Numbered from the stretch's first letter, positions 1 to 9,331 are shown. The stretch is DNA of 64,000 bases from Thermoanaerobaculia bacterium (GCA_035996875.1 DASYJD010000054.1:16837-80836), one strand, 5' to 3'. The notes: generated by a model not told the origin, from the letters alone. Program-made: numbers and translations.

Positions 1-194
1 TCTTCTCGGACCCCGATGCCAAAGTCTCGACCCAGTACGGCTCGGTGATGGAGTACAACGGCGCCAAGCTGGCGGCCCGCAATACCTTCATCGTCAACCC
101 GCAGGGAAAGATCGCCAAGGTTTTCACGGGCGTCAAACCGGCCACCCATAGCGAAGAAGTGCTGACTGCCCTGGCGAGCCTCCAGGCTCATTGA
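1..194 (+). CDS. Peroxiredoxin (BCP/PrxQ-like), 3' end only
   Basis: The frame starting at nt 3 reads FSDPDAKVSTQYGSVMEYNGAKLAARNTFIVNPQGKIAKVFTGVKPATHSEEVL, a typical BCP C-terminus (R-x-TF-x-x-x-P-x-G-K-I). TGA at 192-194. Confidence 0.8.
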   Translation, partial: FSDPDAKVSTQYGSVMEYNGAKLAARNTFIVNPQGKIAKVFTGVKPATHSEEVLTALASLQAH

Positions 195-228
195 CGGAGT
201 GAGGATAGGAAGGGCGGGTCTGGGGCTC

Positions 229-437
229 GCCCCCACAGGCGTTAACTTTGCTCAGAGTTTCCCCCACCCAAGACCCTCATCACCCCGGCCCTCTTCTCCC
301 GACCGCCCCGCCCCCCGCGCCGGGAGAAGAGGGAGAGCAGTGGGGACGCCCCAGGAGTACCCCTCTCCCGGGGCGGTGGTTGGGGCGGTCGGGAGAAGGG
401 CAGGGGTGAGGGTCTTGGGCGGGGGCGTATAACTTCC
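229..437. repeat. Family A intergenic palindromic repeat (REP/MITE-like)
   Basis: Contains CCCAAGACCCTCATCACCCCGGCCCTCTTCTCCC...GGGAGAAGAGGG and the inverted GGGGTGAGGGTCTTGGG. Starts with CCCACAGGCGTTAACTT. The core recurs at 9 loci in the window. Confidence 0.85.
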
Positions 438-464
438 CCGACGCGGCGCTGTATCATCCCGTCC

Positions 465-917
465 ATGAGTGAAGGTCAATTTCGATTCGCCTTTTTCACC
501 CCGGCCTACGACACGACGGTCGCGTTCTACCGCGACGGGCTGGAGCTTCCGGTGTTCGAGACGTGGGATCGCAACGCCGAGGATCGCGGCACGATCTTCC
601 AGGCGGCCGCGGGGCTCATCGAGGTGATGGCGTTGCCCAGCGGTGGGGCGGGCGACCTCTGGGACTCCCGGCCTCCGCAGGGCGCGTTCATGGTGATCGA
701 GGTGGCGGAGATCGAGGCGCGGTACAGCCGGGCTGTCGAGAAGGGACTGCCGGTCAGCCAGGAGCTGAAGGATCAGAGTTGGGGCCATCGGAGCTTCTGC
801 GTCCGCGATCCCAACGGCCTCACCCTCTATTTCTTCCAGGAGCTGGACCGCGCGATCAAGTCTTTACCAGACACCACGTCGTCATACAGCGAAGATTCTG
901 AACGTTGGTCGTCTTGA
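465..917 (+). CDS. VOC/glyoxalase family protein
   Basis: N-terminal TVAFYRDGLEL, then IEV, and C-terminal WGHRSFCVRDPNG, typical of VOC proteins. Confidence 0.85.
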   Translation: MSEGQFRFAFFTPAYDTTVAFYRDGLELPVFETWDRNAEDRGTIFQAAAGLIEVMALPSGGAGDLWDSRPPQGAFMVIEVAEIEARYSRAVEKGLPVSQELKDQSWGHRSFCVRDPNGLTLYFFQELDRAIKSLPDTTSSYSEDSERWSS

Positions 918-1476
918 TCGGATCGGCAAGCGAGGCGCCGAGCTCCTGGGTGAGGGCGAGGAGCATCTCCTCGTCCACGAGGAAGCGGTCGCTGCCGTCC
1001 GGCAGGCGGTAGCGCCGGTTGCTTAAGGGGCGGATTCTCGTTTCGATTCCGATGCTGGAGGCGAGGCGCGCGAAGAAGAAGCCCCCGGGGCGGAGCACCC
1101 GCCACATCTCCCGCAGCATGGCGTGGAATTGAGCCTCGTCGCGGGAAAAATGGAGCACGGCACTGCTGATCACGACATCGAAGCTCTGATCGGCAAACGA
1201 CATCGATTCCACGGGCTCTACCCGGAAGCTTTCCGCTGACAGACTCGGAGCCCAGCGGCTGGCGAGATCACGCACCGCGAGGATGGCTTCCCGGGAGGCG
1301 TCCACGCCGTGGACGTCATAGCCGCTGCGCAGGAGGTAAACGAGGTTGCGGCCACTTCCGCAGCCGGCGTCCAGGATCGACATCCCGGGACGGATTCTCT
1401 CCCGAAGAATCTGATCGAAAAGGTAGATGTCGATGTCGCCGAACCACTCACGGAGGGGAATGTCAGTCGCTCTCAT
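856..1476 (-). CDS. Class I SAM-dependent methyltransferase (TehB-like)
   Basis: Motif I ILDAGCGSGRN, plus FDVVISSAVLHF and VLRPGG. The ATG at 1476 overlaps the stop of the upstream gene (ATGA). Confidence 0.85.
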   Translation of the reverse strand: MRATDIPLREWFGDIDIYLFDQILRERIRPGMSILDAGCGSGRNLVYLLRSGYDVHGVDASREAILAVRDLASRWAPSLSAESFRVEPVESMSFADQSFDVVISSAVLHFSRDEAQFHAMLREMWRVLRPGGFFFARLASSIGIETRIRPLSNRRYRLPDGSDRFLVDEEMLLALTQELGASLADPIKTTNVQNLRCMTTWCLVKT

Positions 1477-2747
1477 CGGGCCCCACCCATCGCAATCAAC
1501 CGCCAATCCCCGATCGCCAGCTCGCGCATGGCGAACTGGTAGATGACGACCTTCTTGCCGGCGAGGCGGTCGTTGCCTGTGGCAAGGTCCTGGGCGAGGC
1601 GCTGGCGGGTGTTGAGGGCGCCACCGCTGTTCAGGGCGAGACGGTCGACGGGGCGTCCCAGGTAATAGGAGAGCTGCTCGGCGAGGCCGGCTCCGGTGCC
1701 CCAGCCGAGGTCGCTCTGCGAGTAGATGTTGGTGAAGCTGTCGCCGAGGATCAGGACGGCGGACTTCGGATCAGCCCTCCATTGGGTCCCCTCGGCGGTC
1801 TCGACGCGCTGGATCGTCGCCGTCTCCAGCTCCTTGAGCGGGTGAGCCGGAGGCAAGGTGAGGAGGACCGCGAGGTCGCCGGTGTTCGAGACGTTCTGTG
1901 TCTGCCGGAAGTAGCCCGCTCCCGTGGAGGGGCCGAGACCGCCAAGAGCGCGGACGCGCTCGGCGAGTTGGCGCGCGACGAGGTCCATCGCCTGCGGCGT
2001 CCAGTGGGTGTCGGTGCGGAGGTATTGCGGCTGGCCGTGAGCGGCCTTCTCCTGCGCGAGCAGGGGAGAGGGATCGAAGACCTGGAGTCCGGCGGTGCTG
2101 AGCCGGCGGACGAAGTCCGGCCAGGAGGGGTTCTCCAGCGGCGTCGGCACCGCTCCCGACGCCAAGCCCTCGGGCTCGATCATCGGCTTGAGCGGCGTGG
2201 GCACCACTAGGAGCGCGATGCCGTGCCGGGCGAGTTGGCGCTGGAAATCGATCAGGGCGGGGAGCGGATCGGGCTGCGGGCCGTTCTCCCAGCCGGGGCC
2301 GCCGAGTCTCCGGGCCTTGAGGACGCTGGGCTGCAGGAAGGGGAAGCCGGTCACATATTGCACGTCGGGCGTGTAGTAGAGCCAGCGGTCCCGTCCCAGG
2401 TAAACCTTTTCATTGCCGACGCCGAGCGCGGTCAGCACGCGCTGCATCCGCGGCAGCAGGGCGGCGCCCAGCCAGGACTTCCTTTCGAGGCCGTCTTCGA
2501 GCTGATGCATCTGGCGCAGGAGAGCGTAGCTTCCCGCGATCCAGCCATCCTGGCGGGCGACAGACCCCACAGCCGTGAGCGAGCTCGGGGTGACGCCGGT
2601 GTTCGAGGCTCTCCCGGTCAGCACGTCGACGAGCGGCACTGTCGCGATCACAACCAGGAAGACTGCGATCAGCACCCACGCCAAGGATGGCGAGATGTCG
2701 GTGTGGCCGATCTCGATCTTGGCGATGCGCTCGCGTTCGGAGTCCAT
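1473..2747 (-). CDS. AlgJ/AlgX-like SGNH O-acetyltransferase
   Basis: N-terminal TM helix; YLGRDRWLYY; YLRTDTHWTP (D-x-H-W); LILGDSFT. Lies directly downstream of the MBOAT gene. Confidence 0.8.
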   Translation of the reverse strand: MDSERERIAKIEIGHTDISPSLAWVLIAVFLVVIATVPLVDVLTGRASNTGVTPSSLTAVGSVARQDGWIAGSYALLRQMHQLEDGLERKSWLGAALLPRMQRVLTALGVGNEKVYLGRDRWLYYTPDVQYVTGFPFLQPSVLKARRLGGPGWENGPQPDPLPALIDFQRQLARHGIALLVVPTPLKPMIEPEGLASGAVPTPLENPSWPDFVRRLSTAGLQVFDPSPLLAQEKAAHGQPQYLRTDTHWTPQAMDLVARQLAERVRALGGLGPSTGAGYFRQTQNVSNTGDLAVLLTLPPAHPLKELETATIQRVETAEGTQWRADPKSAVLILGDSFTNIYSQSDLGWGTGAGLAEQLSYYLGRPVDRLALNSGGALNTRQRLAQDLATGNDRLAGKKVVIYQFAMRELAIGDWRLIAMGGAR

Positions 2748-2762
2748 GATCGTTTCTATCGC

Positions 2763-4220
2763 CTAGAAGATGAAATAGATGAACGGGTTATAGCCTTGAG
2801 TCGCCATCGCTGCGAGAGCGACTCCGAGGAGGGCGAGGCAGGCCAGTGCCTTGGGCCATGTCAGCCTGCGCGTCCAGTCCCAGGTCTGTGGAGCGCCCCA
2901 GGCGATCAGGGCCGCGAGAGCGAGTGCCATTAAATCGTAGGGACGGCGGATCAGCCCGCCGATCAAGGCCGCTCCGCCTGTCGTGCTACCAAGGCCCGCC
3001 ATGCTCCCCAGATACCGCAGGGAGCTCGCGAGATCGGGCGCGCGGAAGAAAACCCAGGCGATGAGGACGATGAAGAAGGTCAGCGCGACGCGGCCCACGT
3101 GCGGCAGATTTCGATACCAGCTCTTCTTGCCGAAGGCCCGTTCGAGCGCCAGCCAGCCGCCGTGAATTGCTCCCCAGATTACGAACGTCCAGGCCGCGCC
3201 GTGCCACAGGCCGCCAATCAGCATGACGAGCGCCAGATTGATGTAGGTGCGCGTCTCGCCTTTGCGGTTGCCGCCCAGCGGAATGTAAAGGTAGTCGCGC
3301 AGCCAGGTGGAGAGCGACAGGTGCCAGCGGCGCCAGAAATCGGTGATCGAGTCCGCCTTGTAGGGCGAGTCGAAGTTCTTGGGAAACATGAAGCCGAGCA
3401 TCAGCGCGAGGCCGATCGCCATGTCGGAGTAGCCGCTGAAGTCGTAATAAATCTGGAAGGCGTAGGCGAAGAGGCCTTGCCAGGCGTCGAGCGCGCCGAG
3501 CGAGGCGGCGCCGAAGGTGGTGTCCGCGATCTTGCCGCAGGGGTTGGCGAGCAGCACTTTCTTCGCCATTCCCAGGCAGAAGAAGGCGACGCCGCGCGCG
3601 AACTTCTCGCTGGTGATCGTGCGGTTGACGAGCTGGTCGGCGATCTCCGAAAAGCGGATGATCGGCCCCGCCACGAGATCGGGGAACATCGATTCGAAAC
3701 AGAAGAAGTCCACGAGGTTGCGCATGGCCCGCGCGTCGCCGCGGTAGACGTCGATGGCGTAACTCATGCTTTTGAAGGTGTAGAAGCTGATGCCGAGTGG
3801 CAGGACGACCCGCATCACCGAATCGAGCCGCAGGCCGGTGAGGCCGAGCGCCCCAATCAGCGCGTCGTAGCTGTCGACCGTAAAGTTGAAGTACTTGAAG
3901 AAGCCGAGCAGCAGCAGGTTCGCGGTGATGGAGACGGTGAGAATGGTTTTCTGCGACCGGCTGCGCGCGCCGCCGGGTGCGAGCACCGGCAGCTCGCCGC
4001 GCCAGGGCCGGCGGAAGCCGCCGGTCAAAGCCAGGCCGCAGAAATAATCGATGAAGGTCGAGGCCATCAGCAGCGGAATGAACGCCACGTTGGCCCAGCC
4101 GTAGAAGACGAAGCTGAACAGCGTGAGGACGAGGTTCTTCGCCCGCCGTGGCGCCAGGAAGTAGGCGAGCAGGGCGAGCGGCAGGAAGTAGTAGACGAAG
4201 AGGTGGGAGCTGAAGACCAC
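2763..4220 (-). CDS. algI: MBOAT family O-acyltransferase, AlgI-like
   Basis: MVFSSHLF, LPLGISFYTF, QIYYDFSGYSDMAIG, NFDSPY, FWRRWHLSLS, GLWHGA, FIYFIF C-terminus. Confidence 0.92.
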   Translation of the reverse strand: MVFSSHLFVYYFLPLALLAYFLAPRRAKNLVLTLFSFVFYGWANVAFIPLLMASTFIDYFCGLALTGGFRRPWRGELPVLAPGGARSRSQKTILTVSITANLLLLGFFKYFNFTVDSYDALIGALGLTGLRLDSVMRVVLPLGISFYTFKSMSYAIDVYRGDARAMRNLVDFFCFESMFPDLVAGPIIRFSEIADQLVNRTITSEKFARGVAFFCLGMAKKVLLANPCGKIADTTFGAASLGALDAWQGLFAYAFQIYYDFSGYSDMAIGLALMLGFMFPKNFDSPYKADSITDFWRRWHLSLSTWLRDYLYIPLGGNRKGETRTYINLALVMLIGGLWHGAAWTFVIWGAIHGGWLALERAFGKKSWYRNLPHVGRVALTFFIVLIAWVFFRAPDLASSLRYLGSMAGLGSTTGGAALIGGLIRRPYDLMALALAALIAWGAPQTWDWTRRLTWPKALACLALLGVALAAMATQGYNPFIYFIF

Positions 4221-4242
4221 GATCTATCCAACTAAGAGAGGC

Positions 4243-6846
4243 TCACCCGCTCGTCGGGTCGTAGAAGAGCGGTGAAGAGCTGGCGCCGAGGTCGTTCGAG
4301 AGATAGATGCTCTCGAGCTGCCCGTTGCCGCTGAACGGCTCCAGCGTCAGCGGCACCGAGGCGCCCTTGGGAGGCGTGAGCGTCTCGCCGTCGAGGATCA
4401 CCCAGCGAGCGACCCGGATCGTTGGCCCCGTCACGGTGCCGGCGACCACGCGGTCCAAGCGATACTCGCAGGCGGCGAGCGCCTGGCGGTAGGGCGCGAT
4501 CTCGTCGAGCGTGGGGATGCGCGAGCAACGCTGGAGCGTCGCGAGCACCTGGGGCTGCGGCACGGCCTGCCGGCGGGCTCGCTCGGTGGCGTAGCGGCGG
4601 GCGTTCTCCGCCGCCTCGTCCAGACCGATCAGGCGGTCGTAGATCGCGAGCCCCTCGACGACACCCTTCCATCCCGCGCCGATCTCCAGGGCGCCGGGCT
4701 TCCAGAAATAGAAATCGCCCTGCCACGCGTCGTCGTCGAGAACCTTGGCTCCGTTTACATAAACCACCCGGCGGCCCGGGCCGTAGGCGGCGATCACGTG
4801 AACGGCTTGCCCGGCCACGAGCTTGCCGAAGCGGGCCGCCGGCCCCGCCGTCTTGTTGTGCAGCAGGCGCCAGACGAGGGCGTCGCCCTGCTGCGCCAGC
4901 TCCAGGAGGGGCGTGCCCTTGTAGCGGCCGAAGGAGAAAATCGCCCCCGAGGTTGCGGGCGCCGCCTCGGCGGGCGTGAGCGTCAGCTCCAGGGTGATCT
5001 CGTTGCTCTTTTCGGCCAGCTCGACGAGGCTCTTGCCCGCCTGCTCCTCGGCCTGGAAGGCGCCGTCGCCCACCAGCAGCATGGCGTGGTCGTGGTTCAG
5101 GCGCGCCCGGCCGTGAGGCTTCACGGCGTAGGTGCGGTCCGCGGCCTGCGAGGGATCGGGCACCAGGTTGGGCTGATCGGCCGCCGCCCACAGCAGGATG
5201 AGGCTCTTGCGGTCCACCGGCCAGTGGGGCGGCGGGATTTCGAGATCGGCCGGCACGAGGGCATTGGGCCGCTGCGCGCGGTCGACGATCCCTTCGAGGT
5301 GGAGGCGGTCGCCGGTCGTGAGGTCGGCGGCGAGAGTCACCTCCAGGCTCCGGCCGTCCGCGCCGATCTTGGTTTCCGTCACCTGCTTCCCCGAGGCGAG
5401 ACGCGCCTTCGCTCCGCCCGGAGCGGCGGCGACCGGCTCGTCGAAGGTGACGAGGATTGCCCGTCCCTGGCGCACCTCGGCCTTCAACGCCTTCGGCGGC
5501 TGGGCCGGCAGCACGGTCACCCGGCCGCGCAGGATCTCGCCGCTCTTTGCTTTTGCGGACACCGCGAAGCTCCCTGGCTTCTCGTAGGTGTGCTCGCCGC
5601 GGGCCGGGGCCGGCGGCGTGCCGTCGCCGAAGTCCCATTGAGCCTCGGGGCCGGGCTTTGAGTCCGGCAGTCGGACGTGGAACGGCGCTTCGCCGAACGT
5701 CCGCCCCAGGGGGAGCGGCTCGACGTGGACGTCCGGATAGCGGTCCGGAGTCGGCGCGGAGGTGTACTTCAGCGGCTGGCCGAGGACGTCCATGGTGGAC
5801 GGATCGACCTCGGCGACGAAGATGTCGTAGTTCCCTTTTTCGTGATCGTGCTCGTTGGGCGAGGCCCCGAAAGCAACGAGCGCCGAGCCGTTCGACAGCA
5901 TGGGGAAGTACATGTAGGCCTGGGCGCCGAGGCGCGGATCGTTCTTCTCGAACAGCGTCTTCTGGGTCCGCGTGGCGAGATCGAACGCCCGCAGGGGGCC
6001 GCCGGCTCCCGCCATCCAGATCCCCCAATGGCCGTCGTCGGAGAAGTAGGGCTCGCAGCCGCCGAAAGGAGTGCGCTCGGTGACGGCGCGGCGCGCGGCG
6101 TCATACAGGGAGAAGGTCGGCAGCCCGGTGGTCGCATGGGTCCGCGTGCGGTTCACCAGCCAGCCCTTGCCCTCGCTGCTGGGGCCGGCCAGCTTCTCCT
6201 TCGTGCCCTTGGCCAGATCGAGGAGGATGGCGTTGCCTTCCGGGTCGACGTATTGCAGCAGGTTGTCGCCGTGCCAGATGGCGGAGCGGTGGCCGCGGCT
6301 GTAGGTCTGCGCCGCCTCGGCGACGACGCGGTCTCCCTTGCCGTCGATCCCGATCAGGCGGAGCTTCCCCTCTTCGGGATCGGCAGCGTACTTGAAATTG
6401 CTGAGGCTCAGGTAGGCGACGCTCTTGCCGTCGGGGGCGATATGGGCGCAGCAGTGCTCGTGGCCGGACTCGTCCGGCGAGAGCTGGTGCAGGCCCGAGC
6501 CGTCCAGCCGGCGGGTCCAGATGCGCCAGGGTCCGGAGCGGTTCGACTCCCAGACGAGGAAGCCGTCGCCCAGCCGGGCGTAGTCGGGGGAGGAGACCTC
6601 GGGACCCGCGGGTGCCGCCGGGCGTGCGTCGGTGCTCGGATCGAGCCCGTGCAGAAGGGCCCTCACCGAGTCATGGTGAGTGTGGGCCCACCAGGCGACA
6701 GCCGCGAGGGCGGCGGCTACGACGCCGAGCCACCACTGCTTGCGGGATCTCTTGGGATTGGACGAAGTCATGGGAAGTCCGAGGCGACCTTCTTCAGCCG
6801 GCTCCGGCGGCGGGTGAGTGTATCCGGGGGGCCGCGGGAGGTTCAA
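4243..6846 (-). CDS. Membrane-anchored multidomain protein: TolB/PD40-like propeller, PKD, Ig-like, LamG-like
   Basis: N-terminal TM; WESNRSG and PDGKSVAY (PD40-like); WDFGDG...HTYEKPG (PKD); ITLELTL...RVVYVNG...WKGVVEGLAIYDR (LamG-like). The start may be MTSSNPK, 75 nt further in. Confidence 0.7.
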   Translation of the reverse strand: MNLPRPPGYTHPPPEPAEEGRLGLPMTSSNPKRSRKQWWLGVVAAALAAVAWWAHTHHDSVRALLHGLDPSTDARPAAPAGPEVSSPDYARLGDGFLVWESNRSGPWRIWTRRLDGSGLHQLSPDESGHEHCCAHIAPDGKSVAYLSLSNFKYAADPEEGKLRLIGIDGKGDRVVAEAAQTYSRGHRSAIWHGDNLLQYVDPEGNAILLDLAKGTKEKLAGPSSEGKGWLVNRTRTHATTGLPTFSLYDAARRAVTERTPFGGCEPYFSDDGHWGIWMAGAGGPLRAFDLATRTQKTLFEKNDPRLGAQAYMYFPMLSNGSALVAFGASPNEHDHEKGNYDIFVAEVDPSTMDVLGQPLKYTSAPTPDRYPDVHVEPLPLGRTFGEAPFHVRLPDSKPGPEAQWDFGDGTPPAPARGEHTYEKPGSFAVSAKAKSGEILRGRVTVLPAQPPKALKAEVRQGRAILVTFDEPVAAAPGGAKARLASGKQVTETKIGADGRSLEVTLAADLTTGDRLHLEGIVDRAQRPNALVPADLEIPPPHWPVDRKSLILLWAAADQPNLVPDPSQAADRTYAVKPHGRARLNHDHAMLLVGDGAFQAEEQAGKSLVELAEKSNEITLELTLTPAEAAPATSGAIFSFGRYKGTPLLELAQQGDALVWRLLHNKTAGPAARFGKLVAGQAVHVIAAYGPGRRVVYVNGAKVLDDDAWQGDFYFWKPGALEIGAGWKGVVEGLAIYDRLIGLDEAAENARRYATERARRQAVPQPQVLATLQRCSRIPTLDEIAPYRQALAACEYRLDRVVAGTVTGPTIRVARWVILDGETLTPPKGASVPLTLEPFSGNGQLESIYLSNDLGASSSPLFYDPTSG

Positions 6847-8059
6847 CCCGGCCGCGGAGGAAGCTCGCCGCTTCGCGGGCGATTCGCCGGTTGCCGGCCA
6901 CCGTGTAGTGCTGATCCCTGGGGAAGAAATCCACTTCGCCGTGGCGTAGCGCGTCCGAGAGGATCGGAGTGAGGTCGAGCGCCAGCACGCCGCAGCGCGC
7001 CAGCACGCCCGAGAAGATCTCGTTCGGCAGCGTGCGATCGGCCTGCGACGGAGCGAGGCCGAGCTTCCGTAGCGCGCCGTTCCACTCGACGTCGTCGGCT
7101 TGGAGCTTCGAGGGGAGAAGCAGGGCCACCACGACCGAGTGATCGGCCTGGGCGAGTGTGAGGAGACGGCGGATCGCCGCCTCCGAAGCGATGCCGCCCT
7201 GCTCTGCCCGCGGCCGGTTGCGCGGATCGTAGAGGGCCATCTCCTCCCGCAGGCCGCGGATGGCCGAGGGCTCGGGCATGTGGAGCGTGCGCCGGATCGT
7301 GCGGTCGACCGGCGCGGGCAGCGAGTACTTGACGAGGGCGAAGAGCTGGGAGTGCTGGTAGAGCCAATGGAAGAGGGAGGAGCGGCTCAGCTCGGCCTTG
7401 TCCAGCAGCTCGCCGTGGGAGACGAAGGCGGGCGGCCGGTCCGGAGCGGCGTCCTGCAAGTCGTTGCCGGTGAAGATGCCGAGGACGATGACGGTGGGGT
7501 GGATCTTCCGGCCGTACTGCTCGAACCAGCGCACCTCGTCGGGAACGCCGTAGCCGCCGATGCCGGCGTTGATCCCTTCCGCGGGGACGCCGCGGCGGGT
7601 GAGCTCGGCGGCGAGCTGTGCCGGGAAGGCGTCCTGCTCCTCGACGCCCATACCGAAGGTGAAGGAGTCGCCCAACACCAGTACGCGCTGCACGCCGGGC
7701 CGGCCGGGGCCGACCTCGGGGCCGCGGATACCGAGTTGGTTGACCCGCACCTGGGTGGTGAACTCGGCGAAGTTGCCCAGCACGCCTCGTAACCCCGGCT
7801 TCATGCGGTGTCCGACCTTGGGATCGACGACGTAGAGCCCCGGCGAGGCGTAGAAGGCCGGCTGAGGCCAGAAGGCCCGCACAGCAATCTCGGCCAGGGC
7901 GACGAAAGCCAGGGCGATCAACAGGAGGAGTGCCAGGCGCTTGCGGGGGGATGGCTTCTCGGTAGCGATGGGCAAAAGCCTATCCCGAAGGCGACTCTGT
8001 GTCACGGCCCGCGGAGAGTAGTTAAGATAACCCTCCGCACCCGCTTCCGGGTGCCCCAA
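6794..8059 (-). CDS. SGNH/GDSL hydrolase family protein
   Basis: VLVLGDSFTFG, INAGIGGY, GND, DQHY (D-x-H) and an N-terminal TM. The true start is probably downstream of 8059 (near 7980). Confidence 0.75.
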   Translation of the reverse strand: MGHPEAGAEGYLNYSPRAVTQSRLRDRLLPIATEKPSPRKRLALLLLIALAFVALAEIAVRAFWPQPAFYASPGLYVVDPKVGHRMKPGLRGVLGNFAEFTTQVRVNQLGIRGPEVGPGRPGVQRVLVLGDSFTFGMGVEEQDAFPAQLAAELTRRGVPAEGINAGIGGYGVPDEVRWFEQYGRKIHPTVIVLGIFTGNDLQDAAPDRPPAFVSHGELLDKAELSRSSLFHWLYQHSQLFALVKYSLPAPVDRTIRRTLHMPEPSAIRGLREEMALYDPRNRPRAEQGGIASEAAIRRLLTLAQADHSVVVALLLPSKLQADDVEWNGALRKLGLAPSQADRTLPNEIFSGVLARCGVLALDLTPILSDALRHGEVDFFPRDQHYTVAGNRRIAREAASFLRGRVEPPAAPRIHSPAAGAG

Positions 8060-8070
8060 CTCGGGAGGTC

Positions 8071-8289
8071 ATGATGCGAAAGGTCAGCCTGGTTCTTCTC
8101 GGCATCGCAATGGTCTTCATGGCGAAGGCATCGACGGCGGCGCTCAATGTCTGTCCCCAGCCGCCGGTGACCTCGTGCCAGACCTGCTTCCTGCATACCG
8201 TTCCGCCCACGCAGAGCGTTCAGTCCTGCACGCTGTTCTGCCAGAACGGAGTCCTGCGGCGGGTGTGCGCGGCCTGCGGCGAGTGCTGA
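8071..8289 (+). CDS. Small secreted Cys-rich protein (72 aa, 8 Cys)
   Basis: GGGAGG RBS, signal-peptide-like MMRKVSLVLLGIAMVFMAKASTAA, then C-x7-C-x2-C-x13-C-x3-C-x8-C-x2-C-x2-C ending at the C-terminus. Confidence 0.65.
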   Translation: MMRKVSLVLLGIAMVFMAKASTAALNVCPQPPVTSCQTCFLHTVPPTQSVQSCTLFCQNGVLRRVCAACGEC

Positions 8290-8413
8290 CCTACCGACGG
8301 TGGTCCCCTCCGGACCGCGGTTTCGTTTTCGTGGGGTCAGGACTACCGTGGGTAGCCCAGGTCCTCAGCCCCGGCGGCCAGCCGGTGGACCTGCCCGATT
8401 CCACCGGACCCCA

Positions 8414-8656
8414 CCGGCCCAACGGGTCGGGAGATCCAAGCCCAGGGCCAAGGCCGAAGGCCGACGCCCTGGGAAAAAGGGCACCCCATCCTCCGTGCGG
8501 CCTGTAAGGTCGCGAGAGCTTTCCCAACCGGGGCCCTCCAACGCCGGACCAACGGTCTCGCGACCTTTCAGGCCGCACCGCGTTGTCATCTCTCCACCCA
8601 GGGTATCGGCCTGCGGCCTTGGCCCTGGGCTCCGTTCTCCCGGCCCGTTGGGCCGG
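8414..8656. repeat. Long imperfect palindrome (~240 bp), REP-like family C
   Basis: Nested inverted arms: CCGGCCCAACGGG/CCCGTTGGGCCGG, CCCAGGGCCAAGGCCG/CGGCCTTGGCCCTGGG, GCGGCCTGTAAGGTCGCGAGA/TCTCGCGACCTTTCAGGCCGC. Confidence 0.8.
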
Positions 8657-8676
8657 GCGGGCCGGCACCGCCAACG

Positions 8677-8706
8677 TTGACATGGCATATTTACGTTCAA
8701 TAGAAT
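8677..8706 (+). promoter_or_regulatory. Near-consensus sigma70 promoter
   Basis: TTGACA (8677-8682), an 18-nt spacer and TAGAAT (8701-8706), in an AT-rich patch upstream of the island genes. Confidence 0.7.
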
Positions 8707-8821
8707 GAATGAGATACATTTTTTTCACCGGTAGCCTGAGCAGGCGTGGAGGCTGTCGCGAAGGCTTTGGGGACCAGACGGATACAGTTGATCTTGCGGT
8801 TAGCGTTGAGGTTTAGCCACA

Positions 8822-9331
8822 ATGAAATGGCCATCTAAGACTGAACGTGAACGGTGGGAGATAGGCGAGTTCCTCGATATTTACCGCCGTCTTCCGCACG
8901 GCCTAGACTTGGAGCTGATGGAGGAACGAGATAAACCCGACTTCTTCGTCCAAGAAGTTGGAGGGAATCGTAGATTCGGCGTGGAGGTAACTTCTGTCTA
9001 CCTGAACGATAGGAGTGTACCTGACGCTCACATGAACGATTCCTTCGACTGGCTGAACCTTCAGTGCGATCGTGAACAACTAGAGTTGTACGAGAGCCGG
9101 TTGGCTCAGGCGGTAGGAGAAAAGGTCGCGCTCGCCAAGCGAGAATACGATACTCGCTATCCGCTTCTCCTGTCGGTCTATGTGAACGAGTACATCTCGA
9201 AGTTCATCACCAAAGATCGGTGGTACAAGTTCAGACAGGATCATAACGTTTTGCTTGGAAACACCGACCCCTTCATAGAAGTGCTATTCTGGAATCTCCC
9301 GAACAACGGAGCATTCAGCATATGCTCCTAG
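8822..9331 (+). CDS. Hypothetical protein, possible PD-(D/E)xK nuclease fold
   Basis: AT-richer ORF with KPDFFVQEVGGNRRFGVEVT (PD...E-x-T). Confidence 0.65.
   Translation: MKWPSKTERERWEIGEFLDIYRRLPHGLDLELMEERDKPDFFVQEVGGNRRFGVEVTSVYLNDRSVPDAHMNDSFDWLNLQCDREQLELYESRLAQAVGEKVALAKREYDTRYPLLLSVYVNEYISKFITKDRWYKFRQDHNVLLGNTDPFIEVLFWNLPNNGAFSICS

Noticed and set aside
199-466. Short ORFs containing RGREKRAGVMRVLG or PRPSSPRPSSP (also near 27.6, 28.9, 31.8, 39.6, 44.5 and 52.3 kb)
   Set aside because: Translations of the family A repeat in intergenic space, not genes.
3099-6972. Long antisense or alternate-frame ORFs (e.g. 3099-4235, 4232-6028, 5677-6972)
   Set aside because: Shadow ORFs typical of high-GC DNA. 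They overlap genes with clear motifs and have Arg/Pro/Gly-rich composition without motifs.
8786-8820. attC right half or attI-like sequence (GCGGTTAGCGTTGAGGTTTAGCC) before the first island gene
   Set aside because: It does not fit GTTRRRY cleanly and no complementary left half was found. Too weak to list as a feature.
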